Positions 37,226-52,200 of a stretch of 64,000 bases of DNA are shown piece after piece. The notes under the pieces are model-generated. The model was not told where the DNA came from. It made no database searches and worked only from the letters and a program-made list of their open reading frames with translations. The translations under genes were made by a program, and so were the position numbers. This DNA is from Chiloscyllium plagiosum (lineage: Eukaryota), in contig NC_057756.1 of the NCBI RefSeq assembly GCF_004010195.1, positions 3,205,824 to 3,269,823 of the forward strand, in the 5' to 3' direction. The first letter of the stretch is position 1. Each line of letters starts with the position of its first letter.

Positions 37226-39399
37226 ATGACCCAAAACAGAAAAAAATGTTACTACTGAAAAAGGCCACCGGAAATGAAACAGATAATCGTGACAAATTTT
37301 CAATTGATATTCCAGCATTACTATCAGCTTGGTGAAACACTTGAAGGATGCATAGCGGAAGTGTGGCAATCTATGTTGTGAATTACTTTTTTTAGGAAAC
37401 CATGGAACACTAAATGCGACATGGTGCTGCTCATGAGCTTCAGTAAGTTAGTTCTGCATGCACTAACCGCTACTCATCAGAACCAAACATTTCCTTCGTT
37501 TTTTTTTTCTTTTCTGCACACCACAACCAATTTTGCACACTGAAGTTACTGTGAAAAAGTTTCAAATTTTTCCATTGGAAACAAAAGAAATCAATCCAAC
37601 ATACACATGTCAAGATTTTGAGAAACGTGACTGAGCGAGTTTTAGTTGAAACATGTTTTTCAAATGGAATTTGTGCTGAGTCATCTGTCTTTTATCTGAT
37701 TATTTTGTCAGATCTGTTACATTTGTTCAGCTTCATTGACTTTCTGGAATTAATATAACTTTATTTCAAGGACGTTTGAGTCATTATTTCTTATTTTTCA
37801 TAGGAACTATTCTGAGTAAAATAGATCTAACTATTTCAATTATCTGGTATAGACCTGAAATATTAAAATGCAATTTACTTTACATTAGCATTTTCAACAT
37901 TATGCGTATCAGTCACATCTACTTTCATGAGCCCAACAAATTGCCAATTGTATCATGATCGATGATTTTGCTCCAAAGACACGGTGATGGCAAATTGATA
38001 CATTCAAATTGCAACATTAAATGTACGTGAGCAATATATTACACAAATACACCCAACTACAATTTTAACTTACAATGGAAACAAAGCAGTTGGATTTGTG
38101 TTTTTAAAGTTTTATAATCGATTCCGTTTGTTTTAAATTACTTTGAATTGTTTTCTACATTTAGTGGGAATGAAGAACCATATTTCTTTTAGAATGAAAA
38201 TCTCAATGAACCACGACACTCAACGAGTAAATTAAAGTTTCACCTGAAATCAAAATTAACACCAGGCAGACCTAAATCTACACCACTGTGCAGTTTTTCT
38301 TTACAGACAAGTTTATAAATGGCTGATGCCGATATTTAGTAACTCTTAGATACAACAAGGAAACTTTCGATTATGAATTTTATTTCGTACAACAACTCAA
38401 TACGAGCACAATGCCAAGAAGGCTGTGTCAGCAATATTTAAATATAATTGTCAAAAAGAATCAGATCTTAGAAAAGAATAGTTTCCGTTGCAGCTAAAAA
38501 ATCAAATGACATTTCAAATCCTTGACTCTTGCTCGCAGCATATTTTGTTATGTTCAACTATTTTTGAGAAAAATCGGGGGGAAAATGTCGGGAGAGTTTA
38601 ACAGTTTGCAGATATAAAATTAAAGATTTTTCTTTATTTTTAACGTTAATTGAAGTTTTTAATTTAGCATTTTCCCATATTTCTGTACTAAATTGTAATA
38701 TTAAAAAAATGATGACGTGAAAGCAAAAGTTTCTGAAATAATTTTGATAAGCAGGTATGTCTCATCATGGTCATGATTTCTTAAATAAAACTTGATAAAG
38801 TGAAACAGAACAGCAAAATAAACTTATTTCTATCATACACAGTTGAATCTTAAAATCAAAATTCGGCCTTGCTGCACCAGAGAACCATTTTCAGGAATGG
38901 CAATGCTTACTTATTCTGTTAAAATATCACATATAATGTGAATAGTCATTATTCGAGGTTACCAATTTCTTCACTATTCATGTAGACCTAAGATGATTTT
39001 CAAAAAAAATTTCTTCATTGCGTTCTTTGTCACGTGGACATTGGTTTATCATAACTTGCGAGCCAAAATATTGTTTTTTTTAACATTCTTATCAAATCAG
39101 GGAGATCAAAAGCAATTGGTCAGTTACTTCAGGCGAGGCACGAAAAGATATTGTAACTGTGCAAATTCAAAGGCAGTCTTGAACTCAGTTGGACATGCAC
39201 GCCAGGATTAAATGCTGAAGGGAATGTCTAGTTGCTTATTATTTCTGATAGCAATAGTTGAATCTGATATATCAATTCATTACAAAGCTCGTTAACCAGT
39301 GTCATTGAGGTAAGTGTTGCACTTATTTATTCGTAAAATTTATAAGAATTTTGACTATTGTAAAATTATTTAATTCTAAGAACAATTGTGCTTTTCAGC

Positions 39400-40870
39400 C
39401 AATTGGTAGGTTTTGTCAGTTTCCATCTTCAAAAACGATTTTGTGTGGAATTGCATTTTGCCATATATCAATACGATCTGACGATTTTCTATCACCAGTT
39501 GCAGACAACCTGAGGCATTATGACGTTTTTGCAAATTTTTTTTTGTTGCCTGTATTGTTTCACATGTATTGAAGAGACTGATATGTCAAAAACTCAGTCC
39601 CAAATATTCTGGATGCATTGATAATTTCTGCTTGTGTGATCGTTGTCAAATAGAAGCAACTATCATGGAAATAAAATGTTTTCTTCAATGGACTTCTGTC
39701 TAAATAAAATGCAATCTCAGTTTCAAAATAAAACAACATCAAATGACTTGCAAATTACCTCCAGCCACAGACTTGCTGCATTCTAAAGACTGAATATTTC
39801 TCCTTATGTCTTTGTTTCTGCAATTGCTATCTTAAAACATTTCTTAATATTCTTAATTCCAGTCCTGACGACATTACTTTGTGTGGTAATCCTTCTTTGC
39901 ACGGTTATCTATGACAATAGCTGCTTGCTTTTTGTAAAACTTTGATCAATGAATTGTCATCTGGAAATTACGTTCTTACGTACATTACTTTAAAATTTAG
40001 TTGAAATTCCTGTTTATAGGGGGTTTATGTTATATAATTTAAGAAGTTATACTCTTGCTTATTAATACTCAAAACATAATGTGTATCTTTGCTCTACTTG
40101 TGGGTGCATTGTTTGTCCCAATAATGATTATTTAAAAATCTGCAACAGGACTTTTTATTAAAAATACAACATTTTGTTAAGTAGGAATATAGGAAACAAT
40201 GCAGACGGCAGAGCAGCTGAAGTTCGTTCAAATGTTAACGCATTACGAGCATGTATAATTGTTCCAAAAGACATTTTTTTCTCTTTACTCACCGTATCAA
40301 GGATGTTTCAATGTAGGTCAATGTAGCATGTCCAAAGATAATTGCATTGCGATTCTCAATGGAATTTTCAACTCAACCAGGATCTAAGCCCAATGCTCCC
40401 ATAGCAACTGCAATGGCTCGAATGCATTATCATTATTTGGGGCCGGCACAATAGCCCGTTTTGTTCAATCATAACATCTTCAATGTGCACTTGGGAGGAG
40501 AGTATGAGGTTCATGACAATTTCACGCAGGACGAATCGTGTTTATGGAATGGTTGTTAAATATTTGATTATACAAGTACGAAATTTTGACTGAAAAGAAG
40601 CATATTATGTGAGAATATAAAAATTGGGGCAGGTACAATCTATTCAGCCCAAACAGCCCGCCATTTAAGGGCTGTTCACATCTCGGACAGAAACCACAGT
40701 TCTGCCAATTCTTGATAACCCTTCAAACAATTATGAAGAGCATTCAAGGAGATGGAATTGAATCCACACACCGAGCGTGCTCCACCATTCAATGAGATGA
40801 TTGCTGTTCTGCTACCTCACACTATATAACTGCATTTGGCCAAAACATTGCTGACCTAAAGTTACCAAAT
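39400..40870. mobile_element. Cluster of very decayed CR1 fragments in both orientations
   Basis: tttcacgcaggacgaatcgtgtttatggaat (FTQRVV..WN) at about 40520-40550 on +; several reverse CR1 tails 40610-40870. Confidence 0.55.
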
Positions 40871-42534
40871 TTAAATACAAACTGAATAAATTATCTTACA
40901 TCCATTGCCGTTTGAGCAAACAAGTTCTGTGATGATGCTTTGACAATTAGAAGTTATTTTGTCGTATTTCTTGTTGTGTTTTAACTGCAGTATTGAATAA
41001 ATTATATTTTGATCAATGTCGCGTAGTTTGACCAGTCCCATTGCATCTGGAATGGACACCTTATGTTTGCCTTTAAAAACAAGAATACAACAAGATTTAG
41101 GCTACATTCTTAAAATATGTTGATGTCGTCTGGTCTGGTCGACAACAGATTGGGGGCTCTGGACTGTACAAAAATCTATAATTCAGTTTGGGTTTAAGAT
41201 TACTGGACTCAAAAGCTACGATTGGTAATTGTTTGGGGGAGGGGGTGGAGGGGTAATTTTGTTATTGAATTCGAGTGTTTTAAACTGGTTGTAGTAATGG
41301 CTTTTCCCTTCACTAAGAGTGGTCTGTGCGTGGAGAAGGAAGGGAAAAGCTTCGAAATTGGCGAACAGGCTTGAGTTTGAGTTACCTGTGTTGGCGAAGA
41401 AAGTGGAGATATTGTGGCAATTGCACAGCATTTCAAAATGCCATTGAGATATTTGGAAATAACGATAATTGAATTGCAAAAGAAAAACCTTGAACAGGAG
41501 AACGATTTGTAATAGTTTGAAATATGATTCAACGCACAGAATTTAGAAAAGGAGATGACGACTCTAACAGAAAAAAAAAGATAGAAGGAGAGGAAAGGAA
41601 AGAAAAATGAGACACACTGAAAGCCAGAGGTTGGCAATAGGAGATGAAAATTGAATTAAAAGGGCGGAGGCAAAGTCAGAATGCACACTTCATGAGAACA
41701 ATGGAGATGACACGCCATCCCTCATAGCCAAAGGCCAGATGAATATGTCAATACATTGTCTAAATACGATGAGAAGGATGTATAAGCCTTTTTCACTTTG
41801 AAGAAAAAATATATATTTTGGCTCGTGAACATGTTGGTGTTGTTGATTATAACAAATTTGATAGGTAGAGCAAGTGAATTATATGCTACACCAGAAGAGT
41901 AAGTATCAGGGAAGAAAAAAAGGTGAAATTGCCTTATATTTGCATGTTCCCTGTTGCCAGTCGCCTCCTATGACGTTTCAAAAGTTTATTTATTGGTCAT
42001 TGGTCAAATGTATATTGAGTTTTGAATGATGAACATGATTTTGATTGTTAAATAAGGGGATGGCATATATATAGGACATATGACTTTCTGAGGGAGATGA
42101 TCATTTTAGATGAGTTCCGCAATTCATTCCCTGAAGTGATGATAATTCTAGTGGAAGAGCAGAAAGATAAAAATGCCTGTTTCTTAGCGGACGTGGCTTA
42201 TGATTAAACGTTGATCACAAGTCAAAATCTGGCTGCAGACAAGAAATTCAATCCTTGAAGTGCAGACAAATGGTGAAAATATATATCCTCAGATGATAAA
42301 TGAAAGGAGGGCTCACATATGCTGAGGAAGCTAGTTCACAACAGGATAAAAAGGAAACCCACGAGGCGGAAAGGGAAGTAAAAAAATCAGATGTTTATAA
42401 TGCAATAAAGTAGGTCAAACGAAATCAATGTGCTTAAGGTTTAGATAATGCAGTGAAGGTGGATGTGGTAAAGTAGGATAAACCATGATCTTTCACCAAG
42501 TGTGGACTTGGTGGGCCGATCTAATCTAATCTCA

Positions 42535-44125
42535 TCACCCTATCAGACTCCTATTCTCTAAACAATACGCCTACTTGTCCAAAATCTCCCTATCACCCCG
42601 GCGTTTGAGTCCTGGCAGCATCCTTCACAATTTCTTCTGTGCTCTTGCCAGTTTACTAACATCTGCACTCTGTCCAAAACTGAATAGAATACACCACGTC
42701 AGGCCTTACCAAGTCCTGTTTAACTGCAACATAACTTTCCAACGTGCATACTAAATGCCCTGACTGATGAAGGCCAGTGTACCAAAGCCATCTTCACTAA
42801 CCAGTCAAGATATGACTTTACTTTCAGAAAGTAGTGCACCTGAACACAAATGTATTTCTTTTCTAATGTATTCCTGAAATCCCTACCATTCCCTATGAAA
42901 CTCCTACTTTGATTTCGCTTTCCAAAATGCACCAACTTACACTAATCTACATTAAACTCAGTTTGTCTGTTTTATGGCCCACTTCCCCAGCTGATCAAGA
43001 TTATGCTGCAATTTCTGAGATCCTTCCATGCAGTCCGTGATACCACATGCTTTATTGTGAAGTGCAAACTTACCAATTATGCATTGTCCATTCTCCTCCA
43101 AATCATTAATATAGTTAACAAACAGTAATGGGCCAAACCCGACTGCTGAGGCATACTAGAATTTACAGATTTCCAGTCTGACAAGCGTCCTTCCGCGAGA
43201 TATTTCAAGATATAACCAATAACTTTCCTAAGTTTCCAAGTCTTCGTGTCTTGCTTCACTGTAAACATAGTGGAGAAATATTCATTAGGACAGCACCCGA
43301 TTCAGCACTTCCACGTACACATTGCCACTTTCGTCGTTGAGGAGTTATTTTCGCTCATTGGTTATTCTTTTCCCTTCAGTATACCACAATATCCTCTTTA
43401 GATTCACCATAATCTTCTCGGCTGAAGATATTTCCTGCCACCTTTTCACTCTCCCACTATCTTTCTTCAGCAATCTCCTGTTTCCACTGTGTATTTCCAT
43501 GGATTCTCTTGCGCTCAAAGGCCTGTATCTAAGCCACATCTTCTTATTTTTCTGGTCAAAGGGTAAATGTCTTTTCTCACTCAGAGTTCCTTATTACTGT
43601 CAATTTTGCCCTTCGTCCTCGCAGGAACATATAGACCTTGATATCTAGCTAACTTCTCAAGGCCTTCGATTGCCGGAAGTCACCTGCCTGCAAACAAATT
43701 ACTCCAATCAACCCCTGCAAGCTCCAATCTCATTCTATCAAAATTGGTCAAGCCTCAATTTAGAATTTGAGCTTGTGAGCCAGTTTTGTCCCTTACCATA
43801 ACTATTGCAACATTAATAGAACTAATATCACTAGTTCCACATTTATAGGTCTAAGGTTACTGGTTCCACATTGCTCATCCACTCTCACCTGTGTCATGTA
43901 TCCTGCCCTACTTCTCATTAGGATTTTGGGTTTTGACCCTTTCCGAGTAGGACCCTCTATATAGTGCTTGAGGAAACTTTCCTGAACACGCTTGACAAAT
44001 TCCACCCCACCTGTGTCATTAACGTTATGGTAGTCCCAGACCATGTTTCGAAAATTTAAATCCCGTACCATGAGAAACCTATTGCTCTGGCAAGTCTCCC
44101 CAATCTCCTTGACTATATGATCTCA
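42535..44125 (-). mobile_element. CR1 LINE (endonuclease to 3' end, internally deleted) nested in the Gmr1-like element
   Basis: ORF 43802-44071 (DLNFRNMVWD..GVEFVKRVQESFLKHYIEGPTR), ORF 43077-43268 (SDWKSVNSSMPQQSGL), ORF 42720-42935 (VHFGKRNQ). Confidence 0.9.
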
Positions 44126-44391
44126 TACATCTTGACATTGTTTTCCTTGACTGTTACATAACACTTTCACAAAGCCGCATTTGGAAACAGGAGGAGAATT
44201 CAAAGAATAAAGTCAAGGATGTTGCAGAACAATCATTAGTGACCATGCTTTGTTAAATGACAAATAGAAAAGAAAGAATATTAGGACAATGTGGATACGT
44301 TCAGTTCTCATAAATCAGCTGAATTACAATAGAAGAGAAATATATAAACGGTTGTAACATAAAACAGCCAAAGGAAAAGACCCCGTGAGCC

Positions 44392-47300
44392 ATGTAGAAT
44401 GTTATTGAATTATCTCCATGGAACCTGGTATCATATCACCAAGTCACCATTTAATTTCATATGAAAGGTACACTGGTTGTGGCAGTCCAGCCCAGTGTCA
44501 ATCCCCAACATGTGTTGATTCTAAATCCCCGCTTTATTACATTTGTATTTTTTAAAATCATATAACCAATTCATATTGGTCTGCATGGGACCCCTCATTG
44601 GCCCAGGCTAACCATCTCAATCATTTATTACATAGTCAATAGGATTCACCTGGTTAAAATCAATCTATATCTCAGCGCCCCACCAACCCACATCCACCAC
44701 CGCCTCAGATGTCCCAAGATATGAGGCTGACATTAGCCTGGTGTCATTTCCTCGGACACTTTTGCCTTAGACCCGGTTCCTGTGTCCCGTACTCGTACAT
44801 GGGAGACGTATACTGGGCCACATCTTCAGCCGATAGTGTCTACAACATGATTACTCCTCATCTTTGGGCAGTAATGGTATGAAGGCTACATGCATTTTTG
44901 TTGTCGCAGGTTTCCTCACCACTTACCAGAGGAGATGATTCACGCTTTCAACTTGCTCTGAGGGGCGTTGTATGTTATGTGCTTGTATTCCCATTTATGA
45001 CAAGACATCGTTTGTGCCTCAAAGCCAGAAAGGGCCCTTTCTGTTTTCACGCATCAGTGTTCGTCACCTGAAATAAACTATTTCTCTCTCGCTTATAGGA
45101 AGCATAGGGCCTGTCTTGGAGTTCCTGACAAAAATTGAAGCTACCCTAATATTCACCCAGATCTGGTTTGACAGATATTAGATCTAACCTGAATTAGTTT
45201 ATCTTCCCATCAGCAACCGTGGTGGAGGTATCCATGTATTTGGTGTAGAGTGTCCTTTAATCGAAGGGGAACTGACAGATTTTGCTGTCAATTGACACTG
45301 TAGACATTTTTCTGTCATTCTGCCTTAATATTTTTGACTGTTCTTTCCATCAGACAACTGGATTAAGGTTGGTATGGAGCTGGCTAAATGTGCCAAATGC
45401 CATTCGACTTTAGGCAATATTCGGAAGTCCCCCTGGTAAATAACATTCCACTGTTTATAATCAGCACTTACGGGAGCCCGTGTAACACGTAAGATTCTCC
45501 CAGACCTAAAATTGAAATCGGATTGTTCTGAATGAATTCTTTTCACTTCCAACCATTTTTAATGGACATGCTCAATGATCACGAAAATTGAGTCAATGAA
45601 ACAACAAGCATAATCGACTTCCGCCCGAGTCCAGTAATTATTCCTCCATCGCTAAAAAAAATGTACAGCGTCCCTGCTAGCACATTTTGTTCTCGTTGCC
45701 ATGGTATACACTTTCCATCAATGCTGATAAGTTAGCTGCCAATCATAACTTCTTTCCAACAGCATCACTTGGAAAACACTGGATGACCCTTGTGGAATTC
45801 AGCCAGTATCTGGCAGCAAACCTGACTCGGTAAACTGAGTGTTATTCCACTTAGTAAAATGCCATCCTCTTCAATGATATGATCTCCCGGTTCGAAAATG
45901 TTTCACTCGATCTTTCACCCATTATCAATAGCTGTTTTACCTCTGCCATGACCATATCTTTTTGTGCGCACAGTTGGATATTGTCAGCAGTGATGGGAAG
46001 GGTGTACACAATCTTTAAAACTAGATTGGATTGTTCCAGGGGAGGCAGAGCTGGCATAGGATCGGCCATGTGGAAGCAGCTAAAGCGTCCACATTAACGA
46101 CTTGGCGTCGTGGCCCGTGATCCAAATTATACATCTCTACGATGCGAAATAGGGCCCAGCACTGAAAATGACCAATCACTATGGGCAGCAGTATCTTGTC
46201 TTATTTAAGTAGACCTAGCAGGACGTTGCCATCTGTTACTCTGACTAATTCAGGCCCAGAAATGTGTTAGTCAAAATTCCTCACACCAAAATGACCAGCA
46301 AACTTCCTTTCTCTATCAGGGCATATTTGCCTTCGGAGTCAGCAAAAATCAGAGAAAGAATATTCTACTGAGCTTTCCTGTACATTGAGTCACCAGTGGG
46401 GCAATACTATCCTGACCCTTTACGAGGAAGCATTGCGTGTTAGAGACACCTCTTGCTTTTCATTGTAACGATTCAACACATTAGGTGGCTGTTGCTGCTT
46501 TTTCACCCCTCAAGTCTATCTCTTGGCTGCAAGCTGATTTGCAAGGTTTTTCAATAGCAGGTGTAAAGTGGCAAATTGAAGGCTAGGTTGTGTATGAATT
46601 CCCAAAGATAACATGTAACTGAAGGAAAGAACTACCTTGCGATATAGGCGTGGGAGATGGAACATGTTTGATCACTCTAAATCTATCTTCAAAAGGATGT
46701 AACCTGATTTTGTCGAAACTGGAAGCCAACATAGGTCACGTGGGGCTCCAGGAGCACCTTTATCTTCTCACGTGTCCAGGTACCTCGATGAAACTGAGAT
46801 GCAACATATCCAAATTCTCTACGTGAACTTTCCAGTGCTTTTCAGTTATTAGCGCATCATCCAGATTAATGACAACCTGTGATAAACCAAGTAAAATATT
46901 CCCCATGGCTTGCAAAAAGGCTAATGATATCCGAAACTTTACTCTCGTGGATTTGTAGAAATCTTCATGGGGATAAATCGTGGGATGTTTCCTTAGCTCT
47001 TCATCCTGGCACAAGTACAAATAAGATTGACTCTTCTCCAACGTGGTGAAGGACAGCACTCTCCCTCACCTCCTACTCACCATTACTAACTCCCCCCGCC
47101 AATTTTGCATACAAGTGCTTCATGTAAATGATTGGGTATGTTTCCAGCTGCGAGAAGTGTTTACCTGTTTGGTGAAAGTCCTCACAAAGGTGAACGGAGT
47201 TATCTCGCCTTGCGATGGATACAAATGGTGCAGCCCATTTTGCAAACAACAATTGTTTGTGGATTCCTTCTCTTCCCAGTCTCATCACTTCCACCTCTGC

Positions 47301-49240
47301 TTCTGGCCACAAGGGAGGGCCTTGAAAAATCGCATTACTGCTTCCCAATCAAAGTGCCAAGTGGCGTCAGCATCTTTGATAAACCCTATAACTTCCTGCA
47401 AAATATTTTCTTACTACTTTATTGCAGTTTCAATGATGCATCCATTTCCTAAAAGACAATCAAGTGGAATCTTGTTTTTTTTAATTTGGTGTTGTGGATG
47501 GAGGTGATAGGTCAGAGGGGAGGGTGGAGCAGATAGGTTGAATCGAGATTGGCATGAAGGACCGGTCATGTGTACAGTGCTGAAGGTTGGAAATGGGGTA
47601 AGGGGGGAATGAGGAAACTGGTGAAGTCCACGTTGACGCCCTGTGGTTGATGTGTTCCGTGATGGAAGATGAGGTGTTGATCCTCCAGGCGTCAGGTGGT
47701 GAGGGAATGTTGGTGGAGAAGGCCCAGTACCTGCATGTCCTTGGCAGAGTGGGAGGGCGCAATGAAATGTTGGGCCACGGGGTGGTGGTGAATATACAGG
47801 TCCACTGGCATCGAGCTCCTTGACATCATAGTTACCATTTGATCAATGTTAATGTTTATTGGTTATGATTTCGATGTAGCCAAGCAATTTTACTGTTAGT
47901 ACTCAAATGTCAGTAGACTTTCCAGGGTGTGCACACTGTCTTAGATATTGGTATATCAGTTTTCTTCGTCAAGTCGGGCCGCATACGATCTCTTTGCTCA
48001 GTCGAGCAACATATTGGTAGCGACTACAATGACTTGCCAGACCAGATCATGAGCTCAAATAAATCAGAGGAGCACGTAAATCGAAGTTGTGAGCCTTATC
48101 CCCCATGTGGATGAAGGATTCTTTCTGAAAAAAAAAAACGACTGTCCTGCTCTTCTGATAGTACCTGACCTGGCGTGCATTTTCCATCTTCTTGTTTCAT
48201 TAAGTCTGACTTTCCAGCATCTGCAGTCTTCACTACCATCAAGTCACAGATCATGAGGGCCCAATCTGCCATTTGATCGAGGTTTTGTTTTGCTTTGACG
48301 TTTTTCTTTGTTTGCCTTACAGTCCCTCTGCTCAGAATATGCCCTGGTGAGTTGTCTGCCACTCACCGAGTTAAGTAGTCTTTGCCACGCTCAGTCTGAC
48401 ACGTGAGGATGTCCACTTGCCTCAGGGTGAGCTGTAGCTCCCATATATCCCTGGTACATTTTCTAATGATAAGAAAGTGTTGTAGTTTCTGTATGAAGTC
48501 CAGTTGCGCCTCAGGTAATAGCTATTTTTGAATGGTGACATCATTAATTGTATACCAGGCAGTCACTCAGCATCTCATTTAGGGTTGCTGCTCTTCCAGC
48601 TCTTCCAGCCTTTTTAACCTCGTTAAGAATCCAGATCTGGATTCTCCTGATGCTCGAGCATTCAAATAACCTTTTCGAACCCTCAGAATTAAAGGAGGTT
48701 TGGTGTTGTAATATTACTTAAGCAATACGTTAACTTTTGGGAATTTTTAACAAGTAGTGATAGGAGGAAAACTAAGGGTCTAATAATGGAAAATGCTGCA
48801 AGTCCACAATAAGTCGTACAGATTGCTTCTTGTCTTTCATTTGCCTGATTTCTATTGTTAGAAAAACAAATCGCCTTCTTTGTACGTACATGGCACTGTT
48901 CTCGATGGAACGAATGAATAAGTCAATCAGCCAAATAAATGCATAAGTCCAGAGATGCTCATCGCAACTCAAAGACGACTGTCCCTACACAAAGGTTCTT
49001 CAAACACGTCCTTCATTCTCTCATCTCCAAGATAAAACTGCGTAGAGGCCAGAATCACATTATGATGTCATATTTCATTACATGTACACTGTCCATTGGC
49101 TGTAGCCAGCCAGTTTCTCGTCATTGTCCGATGTGAGCGTGGACATATTGATTTGCCTGTTACTGATGCTTAGCCAGAAAACCCTGATTTTCCCAGGTTA
49201 ACACATATGAATCTCATATTCAATATTCCAATCACGCCAG
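44392..49240 (-). mobile_element. Second Gypsy family (K02A2.6-like, canonical RT-RH-IN order) with two diverged LTRs
   Basis: Related LTRs at about 44392-44670 and 49040-49240; PBS-like ttgcgatgag 48967-48958; gag N-terminus (ORF 48772-48972; YYNTKPPLILR); RT KWAAPFVSI..SVHLCEDF..YAKLAGG and VVINLDDALIT; RH KYALIEK; IN about 45100-45850. Confidence 0.85.
47484..47790 (-). mobile_element. Penelope-like GIY-YIG/3' fragment nested in the Gypsy
   Basis: Similar to 61150-61410 (gaaactggtgaagtccacgttgacgccctg..; gtccttggcagagtgggaggg..tgaaatgtt). Confidence 0.85.
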
Positions 49241-52200
49241 TTACTAACTTAAACATGATGATTGAGAACTGAAGAAATATTCAAGCGGATTTGAAATAAG
49301 TTGTCATTCATCAAGATATACTGCTGGTGCATTATTGAAATGAACTGCTTTGGCAGCACATGAATTCCCAACAGGTCATTTGGGACTCTGAAAGATTCAA
49401 GCCAAAAATTATTTTAAAAAGTCATTTCTATCCGCTTGGAATACATAAGGGTGCAGTTTAAAACTGAAATATATGTCATATGTGTTAAGTAATCGAAACA
49501 TTGCTGGCAGCGCTAAAACCAGCAACTTTAGAACCCATTCTCCCATTTGAAGAACGTTTTCAAAGTGTGTTAATAGCATTGGACACTAGCTGAAACAAAA
49601 GCATGGAATTCAGTAAGTCTTGATCATAATGGATGTGTCCACCCGATTTCCAGAGGCCATTCAATTACACAAAATTGCAGCTACATAGATTGGCTCAGAC
49701 ATTCACAAATTCTTCACTGGATATGCACAACCCGATGAGATATAATCAGGTCAAGTTTACATTAATGTTATTCAATGTGATAATGGATATATTAGGAATA
49801 AAATAATTCAAATCAACTGCATAGAATCCAGAATAGCAAGGAGTATTAGAATAATGACATCACATTTTGAAATCACGTTAAAGGCGAAAAGTCAAGATTG
49901 GCCGGCGTAGTGGGATAAAGAAATCCCACTTCTACGTTTTACAATGAGTGTTGCATCAAATAAATCTGCCAAGGTCAGTCCATTTGAATTATATTTTTGG
50001 CCGACTTGCGAGGACGACTGAAATTATAATGGAAAAACTGGTGAACCAGCGTTTAAACACCACTTAGTTGGATTACGTGCCGGGATTTGTGGAAATATGG
50101 AACAGGCTATGTGAGATGGTTAGATAGCACTCAAAAGTGGCAGAAAATATGTTGAAACAGGAAGCAGACAAGAAATAAAACAAATGCAAGTTTGCAAGGA
50201 GACTTACAGTGTTAGTGGTTTTTGCAGAGGCACGTAAATAGTCAAAAGATAAATTTAGTGTACCTTATCGAAGAGAAAGGAGATTAAGTAAGTTGAATTA
50301 TTTTATTGGAACACCAGGTTGTAAGAAATCTCACAAAGTGTGCAAGGCGATAATGCTCAAAACGTTTTGGAAATCGAAGGAAAGCCAAAGAAGAATTTGT
50401 TTCTGGTTACAAGACAGCGTGAAGAATCAGATTCAGAGGACTCTGATTTGTACAACTTAAATTGGACGATGTGGATGTTCTCCAAAATTGGGAAGGTTTT
50501 TTGATTTAACTTCCAGGGCGAAATCAGCATGACCCGAAACAATTATTTTTGTCACATGAGGAGATTTTGGGAAATAATTGAGAAGTTATGACCTCATCAC
50601 ACATAATGTAGATATAGGAAATACTGTTCCAACCAAGCCACTACCTTATCGACTTAACTGTATAAAGTTGGAGGTATTTCAAAAAGAGTTTGAATGCATG
50701 CTCCAAGACAACACAATCAACGTGACGCATTTGAAACTAGACTCACACATAGTGATATTGTCAAAACTGTATGATGCTCAACGAGTGTGTACTATCGCAA
50801 AGTCAATGCAGGTGCTAACTCTAATTCATATCACATTGTTACTTTGGAAGACTGTTTTGAGAACATGGGACAAAAAACTTAAATTCTAATTAGGAGTTAT
50901 TCACATGATACCAGAAGATTTAGTTTTCTTAAAGTTTGAAGCGAATTCCGGACTTCATACCACGGACTGAAACATGCAAATTTAAAGTCATGCCTTCTGG
51001 TATGCAAATGTGACAAACATATTTCAAAGTTGGAAAAATGAAATCATTTCAGCATTACCCAAATGTGGGATGTATATGATGACATTGTGATATTCAGTCA
51101 TACATGGAAGGAGCACGTACAGCGTTTATGGAAATATAATGGTGGACTTCTAGAAGCAGGTTTGGTGTTCAGCATGGATATGAGTAATTTTCAAAGAGCT
51201 CAAGTTACAATTCTCGGCTGTGTTATTGGATATCGACAGGTGAAGCCCACAGGATATGAAATCAAAAGTGCTTGGTGAGTTTCTCGTTTCATCAAGGAAG
51301 AGAACTGCACTGCAATTCCTGGAGTTGAGTGTTTTTTTTATCGGAGCTTTGTACGCAACTTTAGCAGTTTGGTGTTTCTCTGACTAATGTATTGAATAAG
51401 ACTGGAATATATCTGTGGTCGATATATTGTCAGAAGGCATTTGACAGGCAATATGCAGTGTTAGCTGCACTTAATTATGAAAATCTGTTCTCGCTGGCTA
51501 TCGAAGTTAGTAATGTGTCTCAGTGTTGTGTAATTAGAAGAAGGCGATGGAGGTTAGAAAGACTTATTGGGTGTGTTTCCAGAGAAAAAAATACTCAAAA
51601 GTAGATATCTTCCACTACTCAGAAGGATTGAGCTTGATGTTAGTGTTACAACATCTCAGTATTTATAATGCTAGTAGTCCGAGCATAAAGCGCAACTCCA
51701 GGGTATTTAGATGGAAATTATTATTGCAGCCAATCCATTTGAAACAAAAACACATGCAATCATGAAATAACATAACTGCCAAACTCTTGTCACGACCTTA
51801 TTGAAGGGTGGCGGGAATTGCCGGACTAAATTAGTTTTTAGTCTTGAATGCTTTCATATTTACAGTCAATGTAACACATATGAATTACAGAGAGCTAATA
51901 GTGTTAGACTATTTTGTGACACAAAGGAGCGTCATTTCTGTATTTTTTTAGGTAAGAGTTGTCACAACGCAATGACTTTAAGAAGTTATTTTTTACTTTT
52001 GGCAAACAGAGTCTAAGACGCTGGCACAGTGCCATCTCCCTGAATTATTAGATTACATTGCTTCTGCGGCCTTGAATTTCATTTAGCAACCTGAGTGGGT
52101 GTACCCAGATTTAACAGAACATGATTTCTGAGATATTTATTTTAGTTTGTGCAGAAACGATTGCAGCTGTAACAGAGATTGATTTTTTTCAGTAAATGGC

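Noticed and set aside
37415..39315. Isolated gtaagt donors (about 37443, 39310; also 26849, 35014) suggesting a plus-strand gene
   Set aside because: No consistent open exon chain; the 26849 site lies in a probable LTR; such motifs are expected by chance.
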